Assembly: GCA_964016885.1 (NCBI GenBank)
Contig: CAXHJY010000517.1
Location: forward strand, 1-64,000
Length of the DNA: 64,000 nt
Direction: 5' to 3'
Origin: Eledone cirrhosa
Taxonomy: Eukaryota
Of this stretch, positions 51,131 to 64,000 are shown piece after piece. Numbering within the stretch: position 1 is the first letter of the stretch; each line of letters opens with the position of its first letter. The position numbers and the translations under genes were made by a program. The notes under the pieces were generated by a model. That model did not search any database. It saw only the letters and a list, made by a program, of their open reading frames with translations, and was not told the DNA's origin.

Positions 51131-53395
51131 CTATTTATTACGATCAGCAGCAATACTTTCCCATGTATCAGCAGCGATGTTAGCCTCTTTCAGAGAGGCT
51201 TTCAAGGAATCCTTATACCTCTTTTTTGGTTTATGTGGCGGTCGTTTTCCTTTAACCAACTCTCCATAGAAGAGTTGTTTTGGTATTCTAGAATCCTTCA
51301 TCCTGGCAAGGTGACCACTCCAACGGAGTCGTTGCTTAAGCACAAGAGCTTCTATACTGTCACACATAGAGCTTTCCAAAATCTCGACATCACTGATGTG
51401 GTCCCTCCAGTGAACGCCATGGATCCGTCTGAGACACATCTGATGGAAACGCTCCAATTGCTTAAGGTGGTGTCGATATGTGACCCATGTCTCGCAGGCA
51501 TAAAGAAGACAAGAGAGTACACATGCCCTGTACACCTTTACCTTTGTCCTCCTGCATATGTCTCGCCGACCCCAGAGTCGCCTTTCTAGCTTTCCGAAAG
51601 CATCACTTGCTTTCCTAATCCTAAGTGAGATTTCACTGTCAAGGTTGCCGTATCGATTGACAGTGCTTCCCAGGTAGACAAACTGATCAACCACTCCAAG
51701 TCGTTTGCCATACACATAGATGTTTGGTTCAGTGTACTGCTTACCAGGAGCAGGTTGGTACATGACGACGGTTTTCTTGAGACTGACAGTCAAACCCAGA
51801 GCAGTGCAAGCGTCAGAAAATTCATTCAAAATGTGCTGCATATCACTCTCTGTGTGCGCTACAAGATCGCAATCATCTGCATACAAGAGGTCTCTTATGA
51901 TTGATGTAAATACTTTTGTCTTCGCAGCAAAGCGCCTGATGTTAAATATGCTGCCTGAGGTTCGATATCGGATGTAAACACCATGCTCGCAATTCCTGAA
52001 TGCAATACAGAAAACCATTGCAAAGTATATGGCAAACAGGGTCGGTGCTGGAATATCCCCCTGTTTCACTCCATTTTTTACTGAGATAGGCTCCGACATG
52101 TTACCTCCGACATTAACCCAAGCCTTCATGTCGTCATGGAAAGACCTAACTAAGGCAAGGAACTTATCAGGGCAACCAAGTTTCTGGAGAACCTTCCATA
52201 ATGCATCTCTGTTGACAGTATCGAAAGCCTTTGTCAGATCGACAAAAACCTGATACAGATCCAAGCCTTGTTCAATGCACTTCTCCTGGAGCTGTCTAGC
52301 TGAGAAGATCATATCAGTAGTGCCGCGTCCAGCACGAAAACCAGATTGACTTTCAGGAAGAACACAATCTGCAATGTGTGTCAGCAGACGGTCCAGAAGC
52401 ACCCTACATAAAACCTTCCCTACGACAGAAAGCAATGATATACCTCTGTAGTTCCCACAATCATTCCTGTTACCCTTTCCCTTGTACAAGACCACCATTA
52501 CTGCATCTCTCCAGTCCTCAGGTACGGATTCATTAGCCCATATCCTTCCAAACAAAGAGTGAAGATGTTGCAGGAGTCTCTCACCACCATATTGTAGGAG
52601 CTTAGCATGTATGCCATCCATACCTGGAGATCTTCCACTGTTCAGCTTCGAAATAGCCACTGCAACCTCCACAAGCGTCGGAGGTTCTGCGAGAGCTACT
52701 TTCACAGGACTTTCTGGAATGAGATTGAGGAAATCTTCACTGACGACAGACGGCTGATTCAAAAGATCATCAAAGTGCTCTCGCCACCTTCGTAGAATTC
52801 CCTGTGAGTCACGAAGAAGTTCTTTGCCATCCTTGCTGCGAAGCGGTGTCACCAGAGAAGAAGACGGTCCATAAACCTCACGCAAGAGACTGTACAACAG
52901 CTTTGCGTTATTGGAATCAGACGCAGTTTGTATCTCACCAGCCTTCTCACTCCACCACTGATCCTTCATCTGAGAAAGACTCCGCCTAACACGTGATTTT
53001 ACATCCCTGAGCTCCTCATGCAACGTATTCCTCTCCTGTGGTTTTGCCGTCAAGTAGCGTGACAGAGCACGCCTCTTATCAGCCAACAAGTCTTCTATAT
53101 GTACATCATTCTCATTAAACCAGTCCTGATGTTTTCTCTGCACCAATCCCAGAACACGCCTGCCTACATCATAAAACGACTTTTTAAGGGTCGGCCAATC
53201 CTCACCAAGATCTGCAGCCTGCATCTCTTCTTCCAATGTCCTCTTCACATTTTTATCCTTAAGACGAGCAGTATTCAATATTTTGGGCAGGGCAACACCA
53301 GGAGCCCGGATTTTACGTTTGGTGATTAGTTTCACTTTTGCGCGTACCAGGCGGTTGTCCGTCCAGCACTCAGCTCCACGAAGAACACGACACAC
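51131..53395 (-). pseudogene. RTE-BovB-like reverse transcriptase (long open segment of a frameshifted ORF)
   Basis: HQDWFNEND, NYRGISLLS, QSGFRAGRGTTDMIF, DLTKAFD, GVKQG, LYADD, LYACETW, RLRWSGH. Confidence 0.92.
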
Positions 53396-54273
53396 TGCAC
53401 ATCCTGTCTGTCACGCATCCTGACTAGGACGTAGTCCAAAAGATGCCATTCCTTAGATGCAGGATGCATCCATGTGGTCTTGAATTTGTTCTTTTGTTGG
53501 AACATGGTGTTGGTAACGCACAGATCCAGCTCCTCACACATCTGCAGCAGGAGCATACCATTGCTGTTACACTTTCCCACCCCATGCCTTCCGATTACAT
53601 TCCATGTGTTAAAATCCCTACCCACTTTAGCATTAAAGTCACCAAGCACGATGACTTTGTCTGCCTAAGGGATATTTCTTAGAACACCTTTCAAGGCATG
53701 GTAAAAGGACAGTTTTTCTTCATCGACAGAATTCATAGTTGGAGCATACACACTCACCAGGGTAGCATATCTTCCCTTGTCCAGCGGAACTCTCATGGAC
53801 ATAAGACGCTCACTAATCCTCACTGGGAATTCTTCTAATTTATTCACAAGTACAGTCTTAACAGCAAATCCTACCCCAGCCTCTCTTCTGGTTCCTTCAT
53901 CTATTCCTTTCCAGAAGAATGTATATTCTCCACAAAATTCCGTAAGATGACCATCTCCAGCTAACCTCGTCTCAGATAAAGCCACGATGTCAAGATCGTA
54001 ACGTCGAAGCTCCTTTGCAACAAGAGCGGTCCTTCGTTCAGGACGCTCCAAGGAATCCGTCAAACAGCGTCCGTACGTTCCAGCAGCCAAGACTAAATGC
54101 CCTGTTTGGCTCTATTACAATGGCACGATAACGAGCGGGCCCAGGCTATGATAACTTGGGGCCCCTGCCCTTATTGCCAATGATCTTTTTTGTTCCAGAA
54201 CCTAAATTGCCAATTATCTCTTTTACATTGTTCTGGAACATCATTGAATTGGAAAAAAAAAAAAAAAAAAAAA

Positions 54274-54312
<39 letters not shown>

Positions 54313-54752
54313 GTACACTATTAATAATTATTAATGCACTCGTGCAATGCCTGTGCGTGACGAATATTTTTAAAGTGAGGAAAGACTGTGCACCGAGCCA
54401 ATCCCACTCTCTGAGCGACAGTAGCTATAACCCGAAAAGAAGAAAAGATCAACATCATCGGTAACTACTGAGCCGCAGGTTTTATATCGGAGTTAACCCA
54501 GTTTCCTGAGATGCCTTCTCCTAGAAGAATGCCCTCACAAGGCCTAGGGGTTCTTCACTCCCAGTGGTTTAACTGCGCGATCGGGCATCCAGCTCGATTA
54601 TTTCTATGTCCACGCGCAAAAAAAAAAAAAAAAAAAAAACTCACTTATTGACACTTATACGTACGACATGCACACACACGCATACATATGCGCGCGCACA
54701 GCAACACTCATACATACAAACAAACACACACAGACGCTACTCTACTCACACG

Positions 54753-54785
<33 letters not shown>

Positions 54786-54869
54786 TACCGTCATTACTGA
54801 TACAAGATTACAAGATTATGTCAACTGTTGACTTTCAAGAGTTTGTATAGTTGCATACATACATACATA

Positions 54870-55285
54870 CTCCACCCTTTACACCTTCAGATTTATGTCT
54901 GTGATTATTGGGGCACTGGGGTATGTTAGTAACTGCCTCAATACAAATCTTGAGAAGCTAGGCTTCACAGGAACAGAAAGAACACAACTAGTTAGGAAAT
55001 TACAAGTACAATCCATTAATGGAACAGTAAAAATATGTAAAACACTCCAAAATGTTGCATCTAATAACTGCATATACACATACAGATACAAAGCATATAC
55101 ACATGCACACATACAACTCAAAACATACACATCCACACTAACAATAACATCCATATCTACACATGCATGCATACATAATCTACCTAGTTGATGTTGTGTA
55201 AATTCCAACGAGAGAGCCTTGTGTCTATGTTAGAAACCGACTCTCTCTCTATTGGGAAAAAATTTGTGAAATTATAAAACCAGAA
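54870..55285 (+). mobile_element. R4/Dong-clade 3' fragment in (ATAC)n
   Basis: Near identical to 59298-59719. Confidence 0.88.
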
Positions 55286-55337
55286 CATAAATACATACAC
55301 ATACATTTACACATACATACGTACATACATATATACA

Positions 55338-57130
55338 TTTTCTTGGTTGTCCATCGTAAACGATGATGACATCTTCTTTATTTTAGTTCCCGTCTGCCGT
55401 GGGCACGAAGGTGACTGTGGTGGCTGATCCTTGACTTGCAGGTCCGAGGACAATGGGGGCAGGGGAAGAGACCGGAGTCGCTTGGGGCAGCTGTTGATGC
55501 ATTTCTCCTCCTTTCACGGGCCTCAGTGACCTCTGCCCGACTCTTCTCTTCAAAAGAGTTTTTGGCGCGTCTGGTAAGGGCTCGCCATTCAGTCCTGTCC
55601 TAAGCATGAGACTCGAGTTGTTTTGGGGTGATTCCAGTGTTGTTGATACTGGACTTCACGCAGTCTTTGAACCTCTTGAGAGGCCTGCCCCGCTTTCGTT
55701 TCCCCGAACAGAATTCCCCATACATCAGTTGCTTCGGAAGTCTGTGATCGTCCATCCGGATGACATGTCCCACCCATCGATGTCGGCTCTTCAGTATCAT
55801 AGCTTTCACACTGGTTGTCTCAGCCACATCAAGAACTTCGAGGTTGGAGACCTTGTCCTGCCATTTGATGTTCATGATTGACCGCAGGCTGCGCACGTGG
55901 AACCGTTCCAGCTGCTCCAGGTGCCTTCTGTACAGGGTCCATGTCTCACATCCGTAGAGGAGGCTGGTGAGAACAACGGCCCTGTACACCTTGAGCTTGG
56001 TGGACTGCCTGATGTTCTGGTTCAGGGCGCGTGTCCTCAGGCGGCCGAGGGCTTGACTGGCCTTGCAGATTCTGGTGTTTATCTCCTTGTCGAGGCTTCC
56101 ATCGCTGCTGATGACACTGCCGAGGTACTTGAAGTCGTCCACCGTCTTTAGCGGGTGCCTCCGATGGAGATGGAAGGAGGGTGGGCGACGGAGGCAGGTG
56201 CAGGCTGGAACAGGACCTCAGTCTTGCTAAGGCTAATTGTGGGACCGAAGAGGCAGGAGGCCTTTGCGAATTTGTTGACGATGCGCTCATCGTTTTCATC
56301 AAACCAGTCCTGGTGGACTCTCTTCCTCGGTCCGATGGTTGCTTTGGCTGACTCTGTCATCAGCGCCCTGAACTAGTCCCACTGTTGAGTTGGGGGTCCG
56401 GTCAGTGGTCCATGGGCAGTCAGCCGGCCCTCCAGGTCTTCCGCGAACGCATCACGATGCTCTGGCTGCTTGAGTCGTGCGACGTCGAAAGCTGGCCTAC
56501 AGACTTTCGGAGTCTTGCATGCGTCGGGGTGATGTGCAGTGACAGGATGGCCCTGACAAGGCGATGGTCGGTCCAAGACTCTGCACCACGCATGGCTCTG
56601 GTGCTTCTAACGTCACGGATGTCCCTCCTGCGGCATATGGCAAAGTCAATCAGATGCCACTGTTTGGATCTGGGGTGCATCCATGTCGTCTTGAACTTGT
56701 CTGCCTGGCGAACAGTGCCTGGTGATGGTGAGGTCGGTCTCAGCGCAGAAACTCAAGAGTATGAGGCCGTTAGAGTTCAGCTTCCCAGCACGCCTCTCCA
56801 GTTGCTGCTGTCAGACCTGACTCTTGCGTTGAAGTCCCCCAGTAGGATGAGTTTATCGCTTGAGGGGATGCCCTTCACGAGTGCGTTGTGTTCCCCGTAG
56901 AAAGCGTCCTTTGCTTCATCGCTGCTGATGACTGACATACCGAGATGGGTCTAGGGGGAAGCAGAGCTTCATCAGCCGTTCACTCACAGGTGTTGGGAGG
57001 TCTGGTAGCTGCTCGCAGAGCGAAGTTCTATTGGCCAGGCCTACCCCATGGATTCTGTCCTCGTCCTTCGCATTGCCCTTCCAGAAGAAGGTGTAGCCCC
57101 TTTTCGGTTCTGCTACTGATCCTTCTTCGG
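55338..57130 (-). mobile_element. RTE-BovB-like LINE with large internal deletions
   Basis: MHPRSKQWHLID, HQDWFDEND, FKYLGS, LLYGCETW, WVGHVIRM..RLPKQL.YGE. Confidence 0.85.
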
Positions 57131-57333
57131 TTTAGTCGCCGGTTTAGTCGCCGACGACCCGACCATGATACAGGTTGTACTGGTTTACATGTTACCAGTA
57201 GCACTCAAGAGTGACCTGACATAAATATATACATACACACATACATATACACATACATACATAAATACATACATACATACACACATACATATATACGCAC
57301 ATACACCACACACCCATATATACGCACATACAT

Positions 57334-57373
<40 letters not shown>

Positions 57374-57463
57374 CATACATATATATATATATACATATAA
57401 TAAACACATACATAAACACATACATACACACACACATATATATATATATATGTGTGTGTGTGT

Positions 57464-57517
<54 letters not shown>

Positions 57518-57544
57518 TAAATAACAGATTAAAGTTTAAGCAAA

Positions 57545-57581
<37 letters not shown>

Positions 57582-57601
57582 GGAATATATATATATATAT
57601 G

Positions 57602-57659
<58 letters not shown>

Positions 57660-57708
57660 GCATACATAGATATATAATAAACATATACATACATACCTAC
57701 ATTCATAC

Positions 57709-58017
57709 ATGGTGGCTGCCAACTCGTTTTCGAGTACGGCCATTACTTTATATCCATGTAGGAGAACCCCTACCGATGCGCTGAACGAGTGGCTTTTTAG
57801 TCCAGCCAGCGACTTGAAACCTCTGGTACAAACACTACACCTGTGACAATTACTGACACATAGTGCTGGGCCCATGGTACCATGTGATGACAAGTGCAGA
57901 GAGATCTCCAGATATAAATCAATGCCTCTACCGTGAAGCTTTTATAGTGAGCAAAGGCACTGCACAAAGCCAGTCCCACTCTCTTATCCAAGATGATATT
58001 TACCAAAAAGAAGAACA
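57709..58017 (-). mobile_element. Bipartite RTE derivative, 5'-truncated
   Basis: Near identical to 47541-47852. Confidence 0.85.
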
Positions 58018-58123
58018 TTCATACATACATACATACATACATACATGCATACATACATACATACATACATACATACATACATACATACATACATACATAC
58101 ATACATACATACATACATACATA

Positions 58124-59719
58124 CGATGAGGACTGCTACAGATACCTGGAGATATATGAGAACATATCCTATAATGGTATCTGTAATAAAGAACGCGTAA
58201 CCAGGGAATACTACACCCGATTAAGAAAGATCTGGTCATCGGAACTCTCTGCGCAAAACAAAACAGTGTCTCACAATGTGTTTACTGTGCCTGTCCTAAC
58301 ACCAACGTTTGGAATACTCAATTGGACAATAGACAAAATCCGAGCAGTTGATGTTAGAACTCGAAAAATACTGAACAACACCGGAAACTTCCACATCAAC
58401 AGTGATATAGACCGCCTTTACTTGAAACGTAAGCAGGGAGGCAGAGGCCTAACATCAGTTCAGACAGCATTTGAATGTCGCATCATATCTCTCCGACAAC
58501 ATCTACGAACCTCGAAGCGTGGGAGCCCGCTTCTCGAGCAAGTCTATCTGCATGAAACAGATAAGATCGTGAGAGTTGGGAAGGAACTCCTTGAGAGATA
58601 TTCCCTGTGTGATAATCAAAAACTCACACCCAGGGATGTCGCTCAGCAGTATCGCAGTGAATCCATGGATGAAAAACTGCATGCCTATCAGGAAAAAATC
58701 ATGCATGGATATGTTGCCAGGAAGCTCCAGAGTGAGAGTAATATAGATAAGGAAAGTAGTCTATCTTGGACCAACAACCGCTATATTGGCTCCCACTTTG
58801 AAGGATACGCTTTTGCAATCCAAGAACAGGAGATTAGCACGAAATACCTGATTCACAAAAGAGATAGGGATGCAAGCAAAACACCTAGATGTGATAACAA
58901 GTGCAGACTCTGCAGAACTAACATCGAGTATATCACCCATGTCATCAGCAGCTGTCCAAAGATGTCATCGCGGTACTATCTATCAATGAGGCATGATGTA
59001 GTGGCCAAAACACTGTACAATGCAGTTCGTAAAAAAGATAGTCCCGATAATAAACACATTAAAAACTACAACAATGTGGAAGGCATCCATGTAGATAATA
59101 TGAAAGAATACTGGTGGAATGTTCCAGTAAAAACCCCAATAAAATGCAGGCATAACAGACCAGATATTATGATATGGGACAGGGAGAAGAAAACATGCAC
59201 AGTAGTGGAAATTAGCTGCCCAGCAGATGCCAATATAATATCAAAGATTAGTGAAAAGGAGAATATTTATGCAGAACTGATGAGAAATCTGCAGATACTC
59301 CACCCTGATTACACCTTCAGATTTATGCCTGTGATTATTGGGGCACTGGGATATGTTAGTAACTGCCTCAATACAAATCTTGAGAAGCTAGGCTTCACAG
59401 GAACAGAAAGAACACAACTAGTTAGGAAACTACAAGTACAATCCATTAATGGAACAGTAAAAATATGTAAAACATTCCAAAAATGTTGCATCTAATAACT
59501 GCATATACACATGTACTGATACAAAGCATATACACATGCACACATACAACTCAAAACATCCACATCCACACATACAATAACATCCATATCTACACATGCA
59601 TACATACATATGTACCTAGTTGATGTTGTGTAAATTCCAATGAGAGAGTCTTGTGTCTATGTTAAAAACCGACTCTCGCTCTATTGGTAAAACTTTGTGA
59701 AATTATAAAACCAGAAGAA
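58124..59719 (+). mobile_element. R4/Dong-clade LINE (restriction-like endonuclease), 5'-truncated, ORF open to 59495, in (ATAC)n
   Basis: DRLYLKRKQGGRGL, FAIQEQ, CRLC..HVISSC, RHD, RPDI, E..CP, K..Y (RLE motifs). Confidence 0.9.
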
Positions 59720-59781
59720 CATACATACATACATACATACATACATACATACATACATACATACATACATACATACATACA

Positions 59782-60020
59782 TTGCATCTAATAACTGCAT
59801 ATACACATGTACAGATACAAAGCATATACACATGCACACATACAACTCAAAACATACACAGCCACACATACAATAACATCCATATCTACACATGCATGCA
59901 TATATACATAATCTACCTAGTTGATGGTGTGCAAATTCCAACGAGAGCGTCTTGTGTCTATGTTAGAAACCGACTCTCTCTCTATTAGTAAAACTTTATG
60001 AAATTATAAAACCAGAAGAA
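59782..60020 (+). mobile_element. R4/Dong 3'UTR copy in tandem with the previous element
   Basis: Homologous to 59486-59719 and flanked by ATAC repeats. Confidence 0.88.
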
Positions 60021-60627
60021 CATACATACATACATATCAGGGTCTCAAACAGACGGCCTTCCAGCTATTTTTCTATGACCCGTGGCAAACAATTTTCGTG
60101 ACAAACTAAAGAAAGTTTGTCCCATATATTTTGTACTAATTCACATATCCCCCTTACTAACGCATGTGTATTTATTTTGATAAAATAAATAAATAAAGAG
60201 CAGCCTATCAGCCGTATTTTAAATACTGATTATAAATGCTAGAAATCTCGCCACCACTCCTCATATCACATTTGACCTGCTGTGTCTCACCCCTAGGATG
60301 TAATGACCCTTTTGAGTCCTTCATTTGGAGACCCCTGTTTTATATAAGCACTATATATATATCACATGAACCCACATCATCCTCTCATAACCACACAAAC
60401 ACACACACATACACATCTTCACATACACCTACACTCCGCACCGCCTTCCAAATCGATAAGATCTCCTCTCCCGCCATCCGACCCTTTCCATGCACACACA
60501 CACCTATACCCATACAGGGACTATACACACACAGACATACACTCCATTCCAACAGACACAATGGTTTTTTTAAAACCCACAATCACATACACTCGCTCTC
60601 CCCCAGATTCTCACACTTACATCCACG

Positions 60628-60676
<49 letters not shown>

Positions 60677-60982
60677 CTACACACTCACACATCTCACCTT
60701 CCGCCATCCTTGCTCAGACTCCATTTTTCCTTCCCCCTCTCTCTCCATCCACCCTTCAAGCACCATCACACACGTGCCCTCCCGGAACCATACACCCCTC
60801 TCACTTTTTTTATATTCTGTTGTTATTTTTTAAATTCTGTTTTCTTATATATTCCCTTTTTTCCCACTTCATGTTTTATATTCATTTTTATTTTTATTTC
60901 TATTTTTCCCGTCTTTCCATGTTTTTCCCGCTAATTCCTCCCTCACCCCTTCACCCCCCCCCCCCCCCCCATCGTCACTCTC

Positions 60983-61010
60983 CTGATGAAGGGATTATGT
61001 CCGAAACGTC
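60983..61010 (+). ncRNA. Minimal hammerhead core, stem I poor
   Basis: CTGATGA-AG-GGAT(TAT)GTCC-GAAA-CG-TC. Confidence 0.55.
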
Positions 61011-61199
61011 GTAACCACACCGCCCCTACTCTCACTAAGCGCGAAGCTAATAATTGTTTCTACTTTAGGCACAAGGCCAGCAATTTTCCAGTGCATTACT
61101 GGTACTCACTAAGCGCGAAGCTAATAATACCATGTAACATTTACTGCTGCGTTTGTTTCTTGTTTCATGTTGTTTTGTTTGTTTTTGGGGGTTATTTCG

Positions 61200-61240
<41 letters not shown>

Positions 61241-61247
61241 TACATAT

Positions 61248-61296
<49 letters not shown>

Positions 61297-61309
61297 CATA
61301 TACACACAC

Positions 61310-61370
<61 letters not shown>

Positions 61371-61556
61371 TACATATACACACACATTTAAGTAACAGCC
61401 GTACGAAGAGTGGGAAATGAAATTTCGTTTCATTTTTTCCGTTTATCGTTTTCAGTGCACCCGGCCGATTAACCCACTCGATATGCAAATTGGGCTACTC
61501 AGCCGTTAATATGCATAAGGTAAGTATATACGTTCAACAATCTGGCAGGAAGGTAT

Positions 61557-61599
61557 ACGTTGCTGACGATAGCTAATAAGCTTGAAAGTAGTACAGCGT
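61557..61599 (+). ncRNA. Type-I hammerhead (family G) between ~60-bp direct repeats (61386-61446 / 61809-61869)
   Basis: ACGTTG-CTGACGA-T-AGCT(AATA)AGCT-T-GAAA-GTAG-TA-CAGCGT. Confidence 0.72.
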
Positions 61600-61863
61600 T
61601 CCTTTGTCAGTGTTGAACAAACGAGCAACGATGGTTGCTAGACACTACGGCTTAATACGGGATGTTTGTTTACAAACACACCGAGCATTATAATAAATGT
61701 TCGGTGAATCCATACGTACATATATATATATATGTGTGCATGTATGTATATATATATACATACTACTGTACGTCTGTATACATATATGTATGTACGTGTA
61801 CATACTTATATTTAAGTAACAGCCGTACTAAGAGAGGGAAATAAAATTTCGTTTCATTTTTCC

Positions 61864-61938
<75 letters not shown>

Positions 61939-62336
61939 GAGGGAGGTGTGGTAGGGAACCAGATGGACCATAACGCACCAAAGTACTCAATACTTAGGGT
62001 AGTAGAGTGGGTAATAGGAAAATGTTTGACCCCGTCCAGAAAAAGCTGTCCAGAAATAGCGGTCGAAACAGCTTGAGCTCTGCCGTCGGGGTCAAACCTT
62101 TTCATATATATATATATATATATATCGCTTGTATAAAACAGGGCTCTGTTTATTATATATGTATATAAAGGTGGCGAATTGGCAGAGTCATTAAGACGTT
62201 GGATAGAATGCTTTGCGGTATTCGTCCCACCTCAATTCGCGTTCTGAGTTCAAATCCTGCCGGTGTCAACTTTGCCTTTCATCCTTTCGCGGTCGATAAT
62301 AAGGTACCAGTCCAGTACTGGGGTCTATTCTGCCTC

Positions 62337-63097
62337 TATAGAAAAATTCGGCTATTCCAGCATGCCTTACTATGAATCAAGCAACGAATTTGGTAAGTTG
62401 ATACCCTAGCCAGTTCACAAGCAGCAACCCCAATTGGAATAACTATCTCCCGCACATATAAGAACTGCTACTTGAGAAATTCTGACATATGCTTACTGGT
62501 CGGTGTAGCGACTAACACGTATGACTGGTAACGTATCAATCTCGTTTGGATTATTTTTGTCTGAAATACGCCGTTGAAATACGTATAACAAAATGAATAG
62601 GGATGTACGAATGAAATCGTCTTTCTTGTTTATTATAATAATAAAACTCTGGATGAATAAAAACCGTAGAGTGCTTCACAGCTGTTAAGAATAAAATCCC
62701 AAATAAAGATATTTCATCTGATGAACGAAATCAGACGTTTTTGTTAGAATCGCCTAACTTCGCGAAACCTTGGGTAATGGAATAATTATATTGTGTTGCT
62801 TATTATATATATATATATATTTTATATATATTATACATTTGGTGTATGTGTATGCATGCGCGCGCGATATATCTGAGTGATCTTTTATGAAGACATCCGT
62901 GAAATAACTGTCGAACTACTTTTCGAACGAAGACCTTCGTAATATTTGTTCTAAACCGAGTCTCAGACACTCCCTTGTCATTATTTACTCACTATTTGCT
63001 TTTTAAGTACTGCTTGTGAACTGGCTAGGGTATCAACTTACCAAATTCGTCACTTGATTCATAGGAAGGCATGCTGGAATAGCCGATTTTTTCTATA
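62337..63097. mobile_element. Segment bounded by ~88-bp inverted repeats (62337-62424 / 63010-63097), containing hammerhead motifs
   Basis: Arms read directly, with few mismatches. Confidence 0.75.
62710..62784 (+). ncRNA. Type-I hammerhead (family H) with expanded stem II
   Basis: TATTTCAT-CTGATGA-ACGAA...TTCGC-GAAA-CC(TTG)GG-TA-ATGGAATA. Confidence 0.72.
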
Positions 63098-63287
63098 AAT
63101 ATATTGAACCAATCAAATAAACCCGAAATAAATGAAATATGTGGATGAAGGATGAAGAAAAACTAATGGTGGTGACACGTAGATATGAGGATGGAGGAGC
63201 AGGATAATTAGTTTGGTGAGCTGAGAGAGAGAGAGAGAGAGAATGACGGATGTAACTTTTGGACACATCAAATTAAATAACATCCTA

Positions 63288-63343
<56 letters not shown>

Positions 63344-63817
63344 CCCTCTCTCTCTCTCTCTCTCTCTCCCACCCCAGGGCTCTGATACACCTCTCTCCTG
63401 GGACCGGAGAATATATATCAAACAATAACTTGAAGCAACCGGATCAATTAGACACGGTTACTTCTGACAGGACCCGTTGGGAGGAGTGTTTGGGGACTCT
63501 GCCCCCCACGACCCTCTCTGGGAGAAGAAGAAGAAGAAGAAGAAGAAGAAGAAGAAGAAGAAGAAGAAGACTAATCTATATAGTAGGTATGACACATAGG
63601 TCAAACATGGGCTGAGTTAGCTATCACCTGTTATGGTTGTTGTTGCTGTTGTTGGTGGTGGTGGTGATGATTAGAGGCGGTGGTGGTGGTGTATAATGAA
63701 ATAGATGACCACTCCCAGCAGTGAATACCGACATAGTTTACTAATTGAGGTTCACAGTTGTAGAAATGTAAATATAGCTTAGTTGTTAAAGTGAGACCCA
63801 AAGAGTATCCCCCACCA

Positions 63818-64000
63818 TTAACTAACTTGCCTCTGGGCCCCGGCCGACAGGATGGAGAATGTATTGCCCTGGAGAATGGCAAGGGAGATATGCTGAAGCA
63901 GCCACTCCACCTCGCGGGGCTTGTACCGATAGCAATGAGTAGGGCTGTGGTCCGGGGGCCAAGAACGCCAGAAGTCTCCACTGCTACAGGCTCTACCACA
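63818..64000 (-). mobile_element. CRE-clade LINE C-terminal RLE fragment
   Basis: PVAVETSGVLGP..LL..IG, then after a frameshift REVEWLLQHISLAILQGNTFSIL. Confidence 0.8.

Larger units (their letters stand above)
50158..54550 (-). mobile_element. RTE (BovB-like) LINE, near full length, with C-terminal C2H2 fingers; 3' tail displaced by an insertion
   Basis: RPERRTALVAKEL, ALSETR, YAPT, LGDFN, TWMHP, DYV; 754-aa RT segment; three C2H2-like motifs at 50707-51000; tail at 50158-50198. Confidence 0.92.

Noticed and set aside
63631-63999. 122-aa ORF as a host gene
   Set aside because: The N-terminal part is a frameshifted CRE endonuclease remnant and the rest is low complexity.

Overview
AT-rich, microsatellite-saturated eukaryotic DNA. 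The SINE families and repeat landscape suggest an octopus/cephalopod genome (inference). No host protein-coding gene can be confidently called, and most ORFs in the track are translations of simple repeats. The window is a retroelement graveyard: a head-to-tail array of three Tx1/L1-clade LINEs joined by (TATC)n, several RTE-clade LINEs (one with C-terminal C2H2 fingers plus short bipartite derivatives, one with a PHD-like finger inside the RT region), CR1 and CRE fragments, an R4/Dong-clade element found only in (ATAC)n, Penelope-like RT remnants, tRNA-SINEs, MITEs and four minisatellite arrays. The most striking signal not explained by the ORF track is about 15 type-I hammerhead ribozyme motifs (roughly half intact) from about 8 unrelated sequence families. 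They sit mostly in short (TA)n-flanked, tandem or fold-back Penelope-LTR/retrozyme-like elements, and include a shared U4C core variant and forms with expanded stem II. All structures were folded by eye; no searches were run.
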